Source: Octopus bimaculoides
Taxonomy: Eukaryota
Direction: 5' to 3'
DNA: 58,495 nucleotides
Assembly (NCBI RefSeq): GCF_001194135.2
Contig: NC_068990.1
Coordinates: 25,565,618 to 25,624,112 of the forward strand
Shown here: positions 48,179 to 58,495 of the stretch, in pieces
How positions within the stretch are numbered: the stretch's first letter is position 1
Layout: every line of letters begins with the position of its first letter
The notes under the pieces: model-generated
What the model was told of the DNA's origin: nothing
Databases searched by the model: none
The model's input: only the letters and a program-made list of their open reading frames with translations
Translations under genes and position numbers: made by a program

Positions 48179-51100
48179 TATATATATATGTATACATACA
48201 CACAAGGATTACAGAACTCTTGTATTCTTATCCACACACCTGGCAACCTATCATGGAATATAAAAAGAACTTTTTTCAGCTTATCATTCTTCGATATGAA
48301 AACAATCCACAATATTCCGTCTCAATAAACCACTCTTGTACCAGAAAGTCGTTTTTTTTATATTTGCTATGGATTGCTTGAAGCTAACTTTCTTCCTACA
48401 CCTTGATCCCTGGATCTTACGTTTATATATATATATATGTATCTATATATAGATATGCAGTATTTTGTTGTATCATTTTTTAATTACAGTATTAATTTGT
48501 CTTTTGTTATTTCTTCTCTTCTAGAATGGTACTGGAAATGTCTGTTCCAGCCGTGGGTGATGAAAATAGTGGCCATCTGTCTTGCAGTAATGTCTTTCAT
48601 GGTTGTTTGGTCAGAATGTTTGTTCTTTATAAAGAAACCTGTCTTGTCGTTGTTTGCCGTTTCCATAAATCTTGCCAACCAAAATCATGATTATGTCTAC
48701 ATTGAGGTCAGTACATTTTGATTGTTTTTTTTTTGGGGGGGGGTCTCCTTTGCCATTCCTCTCCCCCTTGATTTTCTTTTCAAATGACTAGCATTAATTT
48801 TCACTCAGTAATTCTTCCTACTTTCCCTTTGTAAAAATTCTAAAGTTCTTTGTTTTTGTCTTTTGAGGTGAGGATGCTTTATTAATTCTTAATTATTTTT
48901 GGACTCAATCAAATTTTATTTCAATCTTAACCCTTTTGTTACCATATTTCTGTTGAAATATTTGCAATTAATTGTGAAGTTAATGAAGAATTTAATAAAC
49001 TAATTTTGTTATTATTAAGCTGGTATTTAGAACATAAATGAATGTGAAATTTTGATGGAAAATTTTAAATTTAGATTACAATAAAACAGGAATTTTATAT
49101 CATGGAACCAGGGGTGGTGTCAGGTGGACTGATATCAAAAGGGTTAAATTACACACTGCCATCATTGGATGATGTAATCTGGGATTTACTGGGATTAAAT
49201 AAAAAAAAAAATGGATGGCTATGGCTGGGATGTCTTTGAACATAAGATCTGCTTAACCCTTTTGTTACTTTGTTACCATATTTCACTGAAATACACCTTC
49301 TTTGTCTCAAAGAATTTTTAAGATAATGAAGAATTTAGTGAAATAACTTTGTCATTATTAAGCTGGTGTCTGTAACTTAAAATGACACCAAATTGTGATG
49401 AAAGGTCTTAATTTAGATCAATTTAAAAGAGGAAATTTGTATCATAGAACTAGAGTTAGTCGTTGGACTGTTGGTATCAATAGAGTTAATGACACTTGGC
49501 AATTAGTTATCTTAATATTTCAAAGAATTAAAATCAAGAGATCCATGCTGACCTTTGGAAGTCAGGTTAATTGCTCATTGGAACCTGTTCTGGCTGTAAG
49601 TCAAAGCCCTAAGTCTACATTACCTATCTTCTTTCTTCTGCTGTTAAATAAATATACAACAGAAAGTTTAACCTGTTTCAATTTATGATTCTCCTCCTTG
49701 TTTACAAAATACAAGCCTTCAACTTAATTATTTCTTGTGTTGACTTAATCATTTTATTTATTCATTTTTTTTTTTTTCTTAGAATTATCAAAGCATGGGA
49801 TAAATTACCTGTGTCAATAATTAGTTGTCAGGACCCTGTATTTCCCATAATTTACCAACAAGACTCCTGATACTTACGCACCTTTTCTTTATGAATTTTC
49901 ACTTTTCTCTCTTTTCATGTTTCATTCTGTGCGCTATGTATTTTCCTATCATTACTGTCTTCCTGTCCCCTCTTTTACCTTTTCCCAATGAGTTGTAATA
50001 TACCTGATCACTATATACAATCAATTCATTATTATTTTAAAAAACAATTTTCTAAGGCGCAAGAGTGGCTGTGTGGTAAGTAGCTTGCTTACCAACCACA
50101 TGGTTCCGGGTTCAGTCCCACTGCGTGTAAATTTGGGCAAGTGTCTTCTACTATAGCCTCAGGTTGACCAAAGCCTTCTGAGTGGATTTGGTAGACGGAA
50201 ACTGAATGAAGCCCGTCGTATATATGTATATATATATGTGTGTGTGTGTTTGTCCCCCCAACATCGCTTGACAACCGATGCTGGTGTGTTTACGTCCATG
50301 TAACTTAGCGGTTCGGCAAAAGAGACTGATAGAATAAGTACTAGGCTTACAAAGAAGAAGTCCTGGGGTCAATTTGCTCGACTAAGGGTAGTGCTCCAGC
50401 ATGGCTGCAGTCAAATGACTGAAACAAGTAAAAGAGTAATGATGTTCTATTGTTGTTTTACTCCTGTTTTCATGCTCAGAATTGTTGAAGCATGAAATAA
50501 ACTACCCACGTCAGGTGTTAATTTCCAGGACACTACATCCTTCAAAGATTCCATAAAACTTCCCAAAATTCACCAACATTACTCCCGTCATGTCTGTGCA
50601 CTCTTTCCTCTTTATCTCTTTCATTCTGCATACTTCAGCTTTCATTACTGTTTTTCCCTACTTATACCTCTGCTTTCTGTCCCCTCTTTTATACTTTTAG
50701 AACAAGTTGTCGTACCCTGAGCTCATTATTATCTTTATAGTATTCTGAACAAAACCGTCTATTCTTGTCTTTCTAAAGTCTTATTCCATTCATAAAGACA
50801 GCTGACCTAGATTTGTATTAATATTAATACAGAAGAAAAATAAACTAAAGCAACCCTGTGGAAAGAAGGTTAAATTATTTTATTGTCGTTTAGTTTAGTA
50901 ATTTGTTAATAAAGGTCTGTTTCTTGATAATTTAATTTTGCTTTATAAACAATCAGGAATTGTATAGAATCAAACTCTGTGTTTATTCTTGTTAATTCAG
51001 TCTCCATGGAAACAGACTTAATATATTGATTGCTCACATAATTTGACCTTCCATTTTTGTGAAACAATATATATTTTTCTGTCTTATTTTCCATTGTTTT

Positions 51101-54100
51101 AATGTGTTTGCTTTTTTTCTCATTGTCTCTCTTGGATATTCAGCAAAAATCTGACTTTCAATAGCTTATTGTTTTTGTTCTCACTCTGATATTTGTGTTT
51201 TTAACATGTCTATGAAGAGATTTTCTCTCATTCAAAAGCCACAGCAGCATACATTTCAATGGTATATATTTTAGGTGTGGTACTCAGAAGGCTGTTTCAA
51301 TTTTGTATACTGAGTTTTATTCAGCTCAGCAAGCTTTCTGCAATACCAGTAGATGTATTATTCTCTGCTCACTGTACATGCACATGACAACTGAATACAT
51401 ATCATTGATAAGGCTCAAGGAGGCCAAAACACATCTAGCATCCTCATGAATGACTGCTGAGGAAATGTTTGTCTTGCTCTAAATACATAGTGTATTTAAC
51501 ACATGTCCATGAAGAGATTTTCTCTTGGACAAAAACCACAACATCATGTCTTTCAGTGGTGTATACACATTAGGTATGATACATAGATAGCTATTTTAAT
51601 TTAATAATGTTTCAATTGTATACACTGAGCATCTTATAATTTTAGTTTTTTGCCATACTAATATGGATTAAATGGTTTTTCCATGCTAGTGGCCTGTAAA
51701 TAGCACCATTTGAGCATAATCGTTATTAGCATTGCCTTCTAGCACTTGTGCTGGTGGCATGTTAGAAAATCATTCGAGCGAGGTTGTTGCCAGTGCTGCT
51801 GGACTGGCTCCTGCCAGATCAGATTGGAGCCTGGTGCAACCTTCAAGCTTGCCAGTCCTCAGTCAAATCGTCCAACACATGCTAGCATGGAAAGCGGACG
51901 TTAAACGATGATGATAGATAGATACTTAGCCAATGCATGAATAATCTACAAGTGCCTCCTTAGGGTAATTCTATGATCATGTCAGTGAAAATATACCGTC
52001 ATAACTAATTAACCTATCAAACATTTAATGTTAAACAACTGGATATATTTCCTGTTTGACCAAACAGCATTTTATTTGTATAACTTTCTGGTCAAGACTC
52101 ACCTGTCTGCGTTGAATGAATGGGATTTAAGGAAGCTCTGGCTGCTACTTCTCGTGCAATAAAAGTAATTTTACTGCCAAGTGATTCATTTCAATCTTTC
52201 ACAATTCACCATGATTCATGTAATAAGGTAATGTTTGTTGCAAGGTTTTCAAATTACAACTCCTCATGGGCATATGGTGTAGTGGTTAAGAGCGCGGGCT
52301 ACTAACCCCAAGATTCCGAGTTTGATTCCAGGCAGTGACCTGAATAATAATAATAATAATAACATCGAAAAATACCTTAGGAATGAGAACCCAGGTTTGA
52401 AATTTCCCCAAGACACCTGATGAAGGCTGGAGGGTATATCAGCTGAAACGTGTTAACAACAAACAAGATGAGGATAAATATCCATCAATTGTAAATAATT
52501 CCTCATCTCTTGAATATAGAACTGTACAACTCCTCACTTCTCATGAAACACCTTATTTCATCACCTACTATTATAATCATATTATTTCAAACTGAAAATA
52601 ATTACAAATCAATTATTCTGAATTTCTCAGTTAATATGTTGTCATCATGTCTGTGTTATGCACAGCTCTCTCTCTGCAATGTTTGTTTATGTTCATCTTC
52701 TTAATTTTCAGCTAACCTCCATCTTGACTATTGGCTTCCTGTGTTTCTGTGCTTACTACACTGTGTTTCAAATCCGTATCCTCAACTATTATTACATTGC
52801 TCCTCATCATCAAACCAATGAGTACAGTTTGATCTTTACTGGAATGTAAGTCTTCTCAAATTTTTAACAAAAACAAAACTCCTCTCAAAGTCTAAAGATC
52901 GTTCTTATACACAAGTCTCTTCCAGCAATGAATGCTTTTATAAGCACAAAACATATTCTAGAATACTAGAAATATTGATTCAGTTACAAACTGAATATCT
53001 GCTGTATTCTTGTGTTATCGGACCGACCAAAGCCTTGTGAGTGGATTTGGTAGACAGAAACTGAAAGAAGCCCATCGTATATGCACATATATATATATAT
53101 ATATATATGTGTGTGTATGTTTGTGTGTCTGTGTTTGTAACCCCAACATCACTTGACAACCGATGCTGGTATGTTTACGTCCCCATAACTTAGCGGTTCG
53201 GCAAAAAAGACCAATAGAATAAGTACTAGGCTTACAAAGAATAAGTCCTGGGGTCAATTTGCTCAACTAAAGGCGGTGCTCCAGCATGGCCACAGTCAAA
53301 TGACTGAAACAAGTAAAAGAATAAAGAACCTTGTACTTCTATAACACTTAATGTATTTTCATAATTGCTTGTTTATTATTTTTATTGACTGTTGCTCTCA
53401 CTGTTTTCAGGATGCTATGTCGATTAACACCTCCATTGTGCCTCAATTTCCTTGGGTTGATCCATTTGGACAGCCATGTAACTCACGTCAATAATCTTGA
53501 GGAAACAGCTTACACAACTGTAAGAAACACTGCTTTATTTATTTAATTTTTTCTAAATATTTCACACATGCTGTTAGAACAGAAAGAGTTTTGTGAACTT
53601 AACATCATTAATTTTACTTCCACATTTTCATGCTGGTATGAGTTAGACAGATGTCTCACCACCTGCTGCTGCTCTCTCTTACAATCTGACACATACAACA
53701 GAGAACAACTTTATCAATCTCTGTTCTATTTGTTAGAAAAGTAGCTGGGTGCAGGCATGGCTATGTGGTTGAGACGTTTACTTCTGAACCACGTAGTTTC
53801 AGGTTCAATTCCAGTCATGAAACCTTGAACAAGTATCTTCTACTATAACCTTGGGCTGACCAAAGCCTTGTGATATCTCCTTGACCGAAACTGAAGCCCA
53901 TTCTGTGTGTTTGTCATTATTATCATCAGTATCATCCAGTGTTTTAAATCCGGGTTTTGTCTCCATTAACGGGGGGTGGCCAGATCTACCTCAATGCCAT
54001 AGCAACCACCCTCACACCATCATGCCCGGTTTTGCGCATGCTCCTGTTTCAAACCAGCTTGCCCAATCTCTTCCTCCACCTTTTCCTCAGTCTATCTTGC

Positions 54101-57100
54101 TTTCACGCTCCATTTACCTCAAATGCAATCACCCTCCTCAGAACATGTATGCATATCATATGTGCTGGTGGCACGTAAAAAGCACCCACCACTCTGAGTG
54201 GTTGGCATTAAGAAGGGCATGCAGCTGTATAAACTTTGCCAGATCAGATTGGAGCCTGGTGCAGCCTCCTGGCTTGCCAGTCCCCAGTCGAACTGTCCAA
54301 CCCATGCCAGCATGGAAAACGGACATATGATGATGATGTGTGTGTATTTGCCTTACGCTTTCTGATTTTATGATGGTGCCATTGTCTCGCTGGCCACAAT
54401 GAAAGGATATCCAGGTTTCTAGGCATATCCTGACATTTTGTGCAACCTTTGGAAACAAAAGGTTCTTTAAATGACGTTGTTTCCATTTCCCTACATAAGA
54501 CATGTCCAGGCTGTTAGCTATTTAATAGGCACAAGGTCAGCAATCTTGGGGGGATGGGGAAAGGTTAGTTTATAGCATCAAAAACTCCAGTACTTAACTC
54601 ATACTTTATATATATATTGGCCCCGAAGGGATGAAATACAAAGTTGACTTCAATGGGATTTGAACTCAGAACTAAAGAACCAAAACAAATATGCTGGGAG
54701 ACATTTATTCCAACACTAATAATTCTACAAAATTCATCACCATTATAATAATAATAATAATCCTTTCTACTACAGGCACAAGGCCTGAAAATTGGGGGAG
54801 GGAACTAGTCGATTACATCAACCCAGTGTTCAACTGGTACTTAATTTATTGACCCTGAAAGGATGAAAGGCAAAGTCAGCCTTGGTGGAATTTGAACTCA
54901 GAATGTAACGATGGGCGAAATACTGCTAAGTATTTCATCTGGCACGCTAATGATTCTGCCAGCTCACCACCTTTATAATAATGAGAATAAATGCCCTGAT
55001 GCAGCACCAAGTATTGGCTCTCATGGCTTCTGATATCATGTACATTGTTTTGTCTTGGTATAAAAGATGGGCTACAGCAAATATTCTGTTCAATACCAGT
55101 CAGTTGTTTGACCATAACCAGTTGAGCATGTCCTTTGGTGGCTGACAATATGTGCATCTCTGATCACTAGCAGAAGTAATTGGGGAGCATCGAAGCCATG
55201 TGTTGAAAGGAATTTTGGTGGGGTTTTAATAATTCACCTCTGGAAACATGGATGTTTCATTCATCATCTTTAAACAAACCTTATTCAGAGACCTAACTAG
55301 GCCCCACCTACAAGGTCATATGCTGCTTATCTTGATGTAAGATCACCATGTTGCGCACATATGGTTGTACCCTTATCAGGCAGGTAGTCCTAATGGGATT
55401 TTGTTGGTGTGTGTGCTGCTCTCTCACTCAGTAATAATGCTCCCACTGATTACAAATGAATATTTTTATTGCTAATTCTATATTTCTGTGTTTGGTTTCT
55501 TTCAGATTATGGGTCATATGGATGTGATTGCTATAGTGTCTGACGGTTTCAATATATATTTTCCCATTGCTATTGTTCTGCTCTGTATATGTACATACTT
55601 CAGTTTAGGCAGTAGGATTCTTCACTTCCTTGGCTTTCAGCAGTTTGTCGGTGATGATGACATGACCCAGGAACTCATTGACGAAGGCAAGGAACTCGTT
55701 AGAAGAGGTGAGTTCGTTGATTAGCAAAAATATCCCTTATAATACTGGAGATTTACAACAAAAAAATATAAGGGAATAATCTTTGTGCAAGCTATTCCTC
55801 TCCTACTAAAAATTTTCGTGCTTTCACCACAGCTGGCATCATCTTTAATTCCATGTATCCAGCAATAATTATTTAAAATAATAATTATTGTTTCAAATTT
55901 TGGCACAAGGCTAGTGATTGTAGGGGAAGGCGTATGTCGATTACATCAACCCCGGTGTGTAACTGCTTTTCATCCTCTTAGAGGGTCTGAGAGAGTTAAT
56001 GACCTCAATAATTCATATGAAACTATCAATTTGTAGAATTTCTTACCTGTAGTAATATGAAAATATATTGAAAAACTTGACAGAAAAATGGTTTTTAAAA
56101 AGTAATATGTTAACTGATTTAGAAAATTACTATTTTTAGATCTCACAAGATGAGATATTCAGCAACAGTACTTTGTAGTAAAGATTATTTGCCAACATAA
56201 CATGGCAGTCCTGGTTTAGGACGAATGTTGCTGTAATTTAGCCCCAGGAGATATCATCTCCAACTGGCTGTACAACCTGATCTGCGTCCTTGTTCGAAAA
56301 ATATAAGGACACAGATCATGTTGTATAGCCAGCTGGAGACGATGTCTCCTGGGGCTTAATTACAGCAACATTCGTCCTAAACCAGGACTGCCATGTAATG
56401 TTGGCAAATAATCTTTGCTACGTGTTATCTGATTATTTTGTCAGTATTTAACTGAGAAGTTCCTGTTTTTATTTTGTCATACATTTTTAGAAAAGAGACG
56501 TCGAGAAAGAAAAGCTGATGGAGAAGCGCGTCGGAAAATGTGGAATGACCAGTTTGGTGGCATTAAACCATCATCTTCAGAAAGTCCTCGCAGAGGTAAG
56601 GATTTCTTCCAAACAAGTTTATTGTCCGAAAAACAGAAATTATGAACAATACAATAATTAGATTTCCGNNNNNNNNNNNNNNNNNNNNNNNNNNNNNNNN
56701 NNNNNNNNNNNNNNNNNNNNNNNNNNNNNNNNNNNNNNNNNNNNNNNNNNNNNNNNNNNNNNNNGGCATCTTAGCATGTTTTCTTATGTTTGTTGATTGG
56801 GAGTCCCACAACCTGGTTTTAAGGGGGTCACCACTGTAGGGTTTGTCTTCAAAAACAGGTCAATTCTTTCAAAGCTAGACACCTTTGTGGATTTGAATGC
56901 CATACTCCTCATTAATAAAACACCTATTGTTACTTACTGTGCTCCTGTACAGATGAGCCAACAAAAAAGTCCTTCAATTTGTTAGAAATAGCAGCAGCCA
57001 AATCCCCTCAAATTACATCCCCGAATCTTCAGGATTTATAGATACACTGTTTAGTTTTGTCTTAAATACCCCTAAACAGGTGGGATGGTCGCAGTGTTTT

Positions 57101-58208
57101 TAATCATCAGTTTGCACCATCAAGTCTGACCCAGGGTTAAACAACTGTAGAGATCAAGTAAAACTGAATCCTTTGGGCCCATGACCATTCTGTTTAGTGG
57201 ATGTGATTTCATTTGACTATAAAAGACAAATAAATGTGGACAGCCACATAGTTTTGTATTTACAGCTGAAAATATTGATGTTTCTGCCAATTAGTGAGGC
57301 ACATGCACAAAAAAGTCATGTGACTTCCTACTTTTGCATCTTCCAGAAATATTGAAAGAAAAGTGCACCAGCTAAAGCTTGGCTACAGGTTGAAAGGATT
57401 AAGGAAGGAGACATTGTTAGGAGTAAAGTAGGGATAATTGACCTTTTAGTCAGATTCACCCTAGACAAGAGGATATTTATACACCTTATGTGTGTGTCTG
57501 TACATATGTATTACACTAGACAAGTGATGTAGATACCTATACCTCAATCACATGTTTTTTTTCCCATATACGAATGAATTTATGTATACTCACTTTTTAA
57601 ATCATCTTTTATAAATCTATATAGGTATGTACCTGTAAAATAGTGGATTATTGACATCAACAGAATAAATCCCAGACTTTAAAAATAAGCACTGTGGTTG
57701 GTTTGTTGAATCAAGGCCTTGAAAACAGTACTCCAGCATGGCCAGAGTCCAGTGACTAAAACTAGGAAAAATTCCTCACAATCTACTTCAATGCAAACCT
57801 ATCTCTAAAAAAATTTCCATTAAAGTGCATTTTTCTGAAAGTTGTAAGACCTCATACACCTCTTAACTCTCTTAAAATAAAAAGATTAATAAAGTGTGGC
57901 TGAAGAAATCAATGAGCCAACACATACATCAGCCGTTACTAATAGATTTTTTTTTCCTCTTCAATTTTTGTTTAGGTAAAATCCCTCGGAGTCCAGATGA
58001 AAATGATCGAACTGAACTTCTGCGCCAAGCTGATCCAGTCGATTATACGGGAGATACAACTACTGACAATTTAGAAGATTATATCAACATTAGCCATCAC
58101 AACACAACTGCTGCCACAGGTTACCAGCAGTCACAACCTCCACCTAGATATAGCTCAGTAACAAGAACGGGCCACAAACCGCCCCGAGGAATCTTTGATG
58201 ATGTATAG
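34242..58208 (+). CDS. LMBRD2: LMBR1 domain-containing protein 2 (multi-pass membrane protein), 12 coding exons; about 714 aa if exon 4 is 211 nt
   Basis: The spliced translation gives family-diagnostic segments: [141 protein letters not shown] and terminal IFDDV*. These match human LMBRD2 as I recall it. All visible introns are GT-AG and phases chain correctly. Confidence 0.96.
36860..37119 (+). CDS. LMBRD2: LMBRD2 coding exon 2 (260 nt)
   Basis: ttcttttag|ACA TTT TAT CGC (TFYRQC...[13 protein letters not shown]) ending TG|gtaaca; phase 0 to 2. Confidence 0.93.
37783..38279 (-). mobile_element. LINE 3'-tail repeat with five units of about 66 bp (37950-38279)
   Basis: Units begin ggt(g/a)ctttttac(a/g)tg(c/t)cacc..ggagccagtcagg..ctggcat; (CAT)n end at 37783-37800. 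Confidence 0.88.
39221..39388 (+). CDS. LMBRD2: LMBRD2 coding exon 3 (168 nt)
   Basis: ttccag|G TTG ATC CTG ([56 protein letters not shown]) ending GG|gtgagt; phase 2 to 2. Confidence 0.94.
40508..40586. repeat. 21-bp C-rich tandem repeat, about 3.7 units
   Basis: ccccatcgccacaaccgcctt / ctccctcaccacaaccgcctt / ccccaccggcacaaccacctt. Confidence 0.85.
43110..43330 (+). mobile_element. piggyBac-like MITE copy
   Basis: ttaa|cccttctg ... caaaaggg|tcaa; body similar to the copy at 48931. Confidence 0.72.
44393..44492 (+). CDS. LMBRD2: LMBRD2 coding exon 4, 3' part lost in N-gap
   Basis: ttacatttcag|G GAC AAA ([33 protein letters not shown]), running into Ns at 44493. Confidence 0.92.
44493..45031. 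other. Assembly gap (539 N) inside LMBRD2 exon 4; other gaps at 4055-4330, 15832-16270, 18523-18532, 47413-47422, 56669-56764
   Basis: Runs of N. Confidence 0.99.
45349..45423 (+). CDS. LMBRD2: LMBRD2 coding exon 5 (75 nt)
   Basis: atttgcag|GAA ATC ([25 protein letters not shown]) AAG|gtaatt; phase 0 to 0. Confidence 0.93.
45693..45984 (+). CDS. LMBRD2: LMBRD2 coding exon 6 (292 nt)
   Basis: ctttccag|TGT CCA ([45 protein letters not shown]) G|gtgagt; phase 0 to 1. Confidence 0.94.
48525..48706 (+). CDS. LMBRD2: LMBRD2 coding exon 7 (182 nt)
   Basis: ctcttctag|AA TGG TAC TGG ([26 protein letters not shown]) GAG|gtcagt; phase 1 to 0. Confidence 0.94.
48931..49143 (+). mobile_element. piggyBac-like MITE (213 bp) with TTAA target-site duplication
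   Basis: TTAA|CCCTTTTG ... CAAAAGGG|TTAA; TTAA at 48927-48930 and 49144-49147. Confidence 0.82.
49257..49485 (+). mobile_element. piggyBac-like MITE, second copy with decayed right TIR; partial copies also at about 35660-35840 and 36125-36186
   Basis: ttaa|cccttttg..ggtatcaatagag|ttaa. Confidence 0.7.
50063..50438 (+). mobile_element. SINE family A, full length
   Basis: A/B boxes, body and tail to gaaacaagtaaaagag. Confidence 0.9.
51690..51916 (+). mobile_element. LINE 3'-tail repeat; further copies at about 16800-17012(+), 23415-23620(+), 29925-30115(-), 46055-46195(-), 54160-54337(+)
   Basis: ccagatcagattggagcctggtgca..agcatggaaagcggacgttaaacgatgatgat. Confidence 0.8.
52265..52525 (+). 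mobile_element. SINE family D: tRNA-like head, (AAT)n, hammerhead-like tail
   Basis: A box tggtgtagtgg 52275-52285; B box gagtttgattcc 52318-52329; gacac-CTGATGA-a-ggctg..cagct-GAAA at 52412-52448. Confidence 0.8.
52712..52845 (+). CDS. LMBRD2: LMBRD2 coding exon 8 (134 nt)
   Basis: aattttcag|CTA ACC ([44 protein letters not shown]) AT|gtaagt; phase 0 to 2. Confidence 0.94.
53020..53325 (+). mobile_element. SINE family A, headless
   Basis: Starts at ccgaccaaagccttg, with full tail. Confidence 0.85.
53411..53519 (+). CDS. LMBRD2: LMBRD2 coding exon 9 (109 nt)
   Basis: gttttcag|G ATG CTA TGT CGA ([36 protein letters not shown]) ACT|gtaaga; phase 2 to 0. Confidence 0.94.
54590..54970 (-). mobile_element. 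Two adjacent fragments of another SINE family (gtcgattacatcaaccccag..gaaaggatgaaaggcaaagtc..atttgaactcagaa); related pieces at about 10725-10880, 13850-13930, 42030-42140
   Basis: Recurrent motif in both orientations across the window. Confidence 0.65.
55506..55707 (+). CDS. LMBRD2: LMBRD2 coding exon 10 (202 nt)
   Basis: tttcttttcag|ATT ATG GGT ([46 protein letters not shown]) G|gtgagt; phase 0 to 1. Confidence 0.94.
56175..56421. repeat. Long inverted repeat in LMBRD2 intron 10: 119-bp arms, 9-nt loop
   Basis: 56175-56293 is the reverse complement of 56303-56421 with about 10 mismatches. Confidence 0.95.
56491..56595 (+). CDS. LMBRD2: LMBRD2 coding exon 11 (105 nt)
   Basis: catttttag|AA AAG AGA ([35 protein letters not shown]) G|gtaagg; phase 1 to 1. 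Confidence 0.92.
57976..58208 (+). CDS. LMBRD2: LMBRD2 last coding exon (233 nt to stop), followed by 3'UTR to window end
   Basis: tttgtttag|GT AAA ([24 protein letters not shown]...PPRGIFDDV*). [13 protein letters not shown] and IFDDV correspond to human DRIELLQDAEPLD and IFNDV as recalled. Confidence 0.92.
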
Positions 58209-58495
58209 GAGTTAACAGACTTTTACTTTTTTAATGTGCTTTCGTATTTACGTATTTATATATGTATGTATATATCTATCTATCTCTTTCCTTGAAGATA
58301 TTATGACAATGTATTGTCTGGGGGTCAAAGAAAATGGGTGAAACGACTTGATATGGCTGTTTCAAGTGGGAACAAGAGAGAAAAAAAAAAAGGGTCTAAT
58401 ATTTTGAATTATATATTTAACTAAGCCATTAATAATAATTTCAGAACCAATTGTATATAGAATGAAGCTTTGCAGTGTCTGGCATTTCCTTTTTT

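Noticed and set aside
52095-52115. Minus-strand CAG|GTGAGT as a second recursive site
   Set aside because: No polypyrimidine tract, and it is antisense to LMBRD2.
52265-52340. tRNA gene (anticodon-like ACT loop); likewise the heads at 29168, 14204 and 33342
   Set aside because: Acceptor and T stems do not pair and the heads continue into SINE bodies; these are tRNA-derived SINE heads, not tRNA genes.
58209-58495. Polyadenylation signal for LMBRD2
   Set aside because: I found no AATAAA or ATTAAA after the stop codon; the 3' end probably lies beyond the window.

Overview
This is AT-rich, microsatellite- and transposon-dense animal genomic DNA with six N-gaps. The repeat landscape (RTE-LINE tails ending in (GAT)n, tRNA-derived SINEs with internal (TA)n(TG)n, Tc1/mariner fossils) fits a coleoid cephalopod such as Octopus; this is an inference, not a database match. 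One protein-coding gene is well supported: an LMBRD2 orthologue on the + strand. It has 12 coding exons from ATG 34242 to TAG 58208, all visible splice sites are GT-AG and phase-consistent, and exon 4 is cut by an assembly gap. Its start exon begins at a splice acceptor, so the true promoter is upstream, probably in a CpG-rich, motif-rich region at about 16.3-21.9 kb that may be bidirectional. I found no other recognisable host-gene ORF; most ORFs in the supplied track are microsatellite or TE artefacts. The most interesting signals are: (1) a near-complete minimal type I hammerhead ribozyme (8088-8130) inside a nested inverted-repeat cassette with Penelope-like/retrozyme architecture; (2) a tRNA-headed SINE-like element with a hammerhead-like 3' tail, present twice (52.3 kb, and 29 kb with an inverted head); (3) a Tc1 fossil with DD36E spacing; (4) a recursive-splice-like CAG|GTGAGT site on the minus strand; (5) two about 120-bp near-perfect hairpins and a five-fold CCAAT array with about 32-bp spacing. 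All coordinates and identities were counted by eye. TE boundaries are approximate (tens of bp), and family names need confirmation by search.
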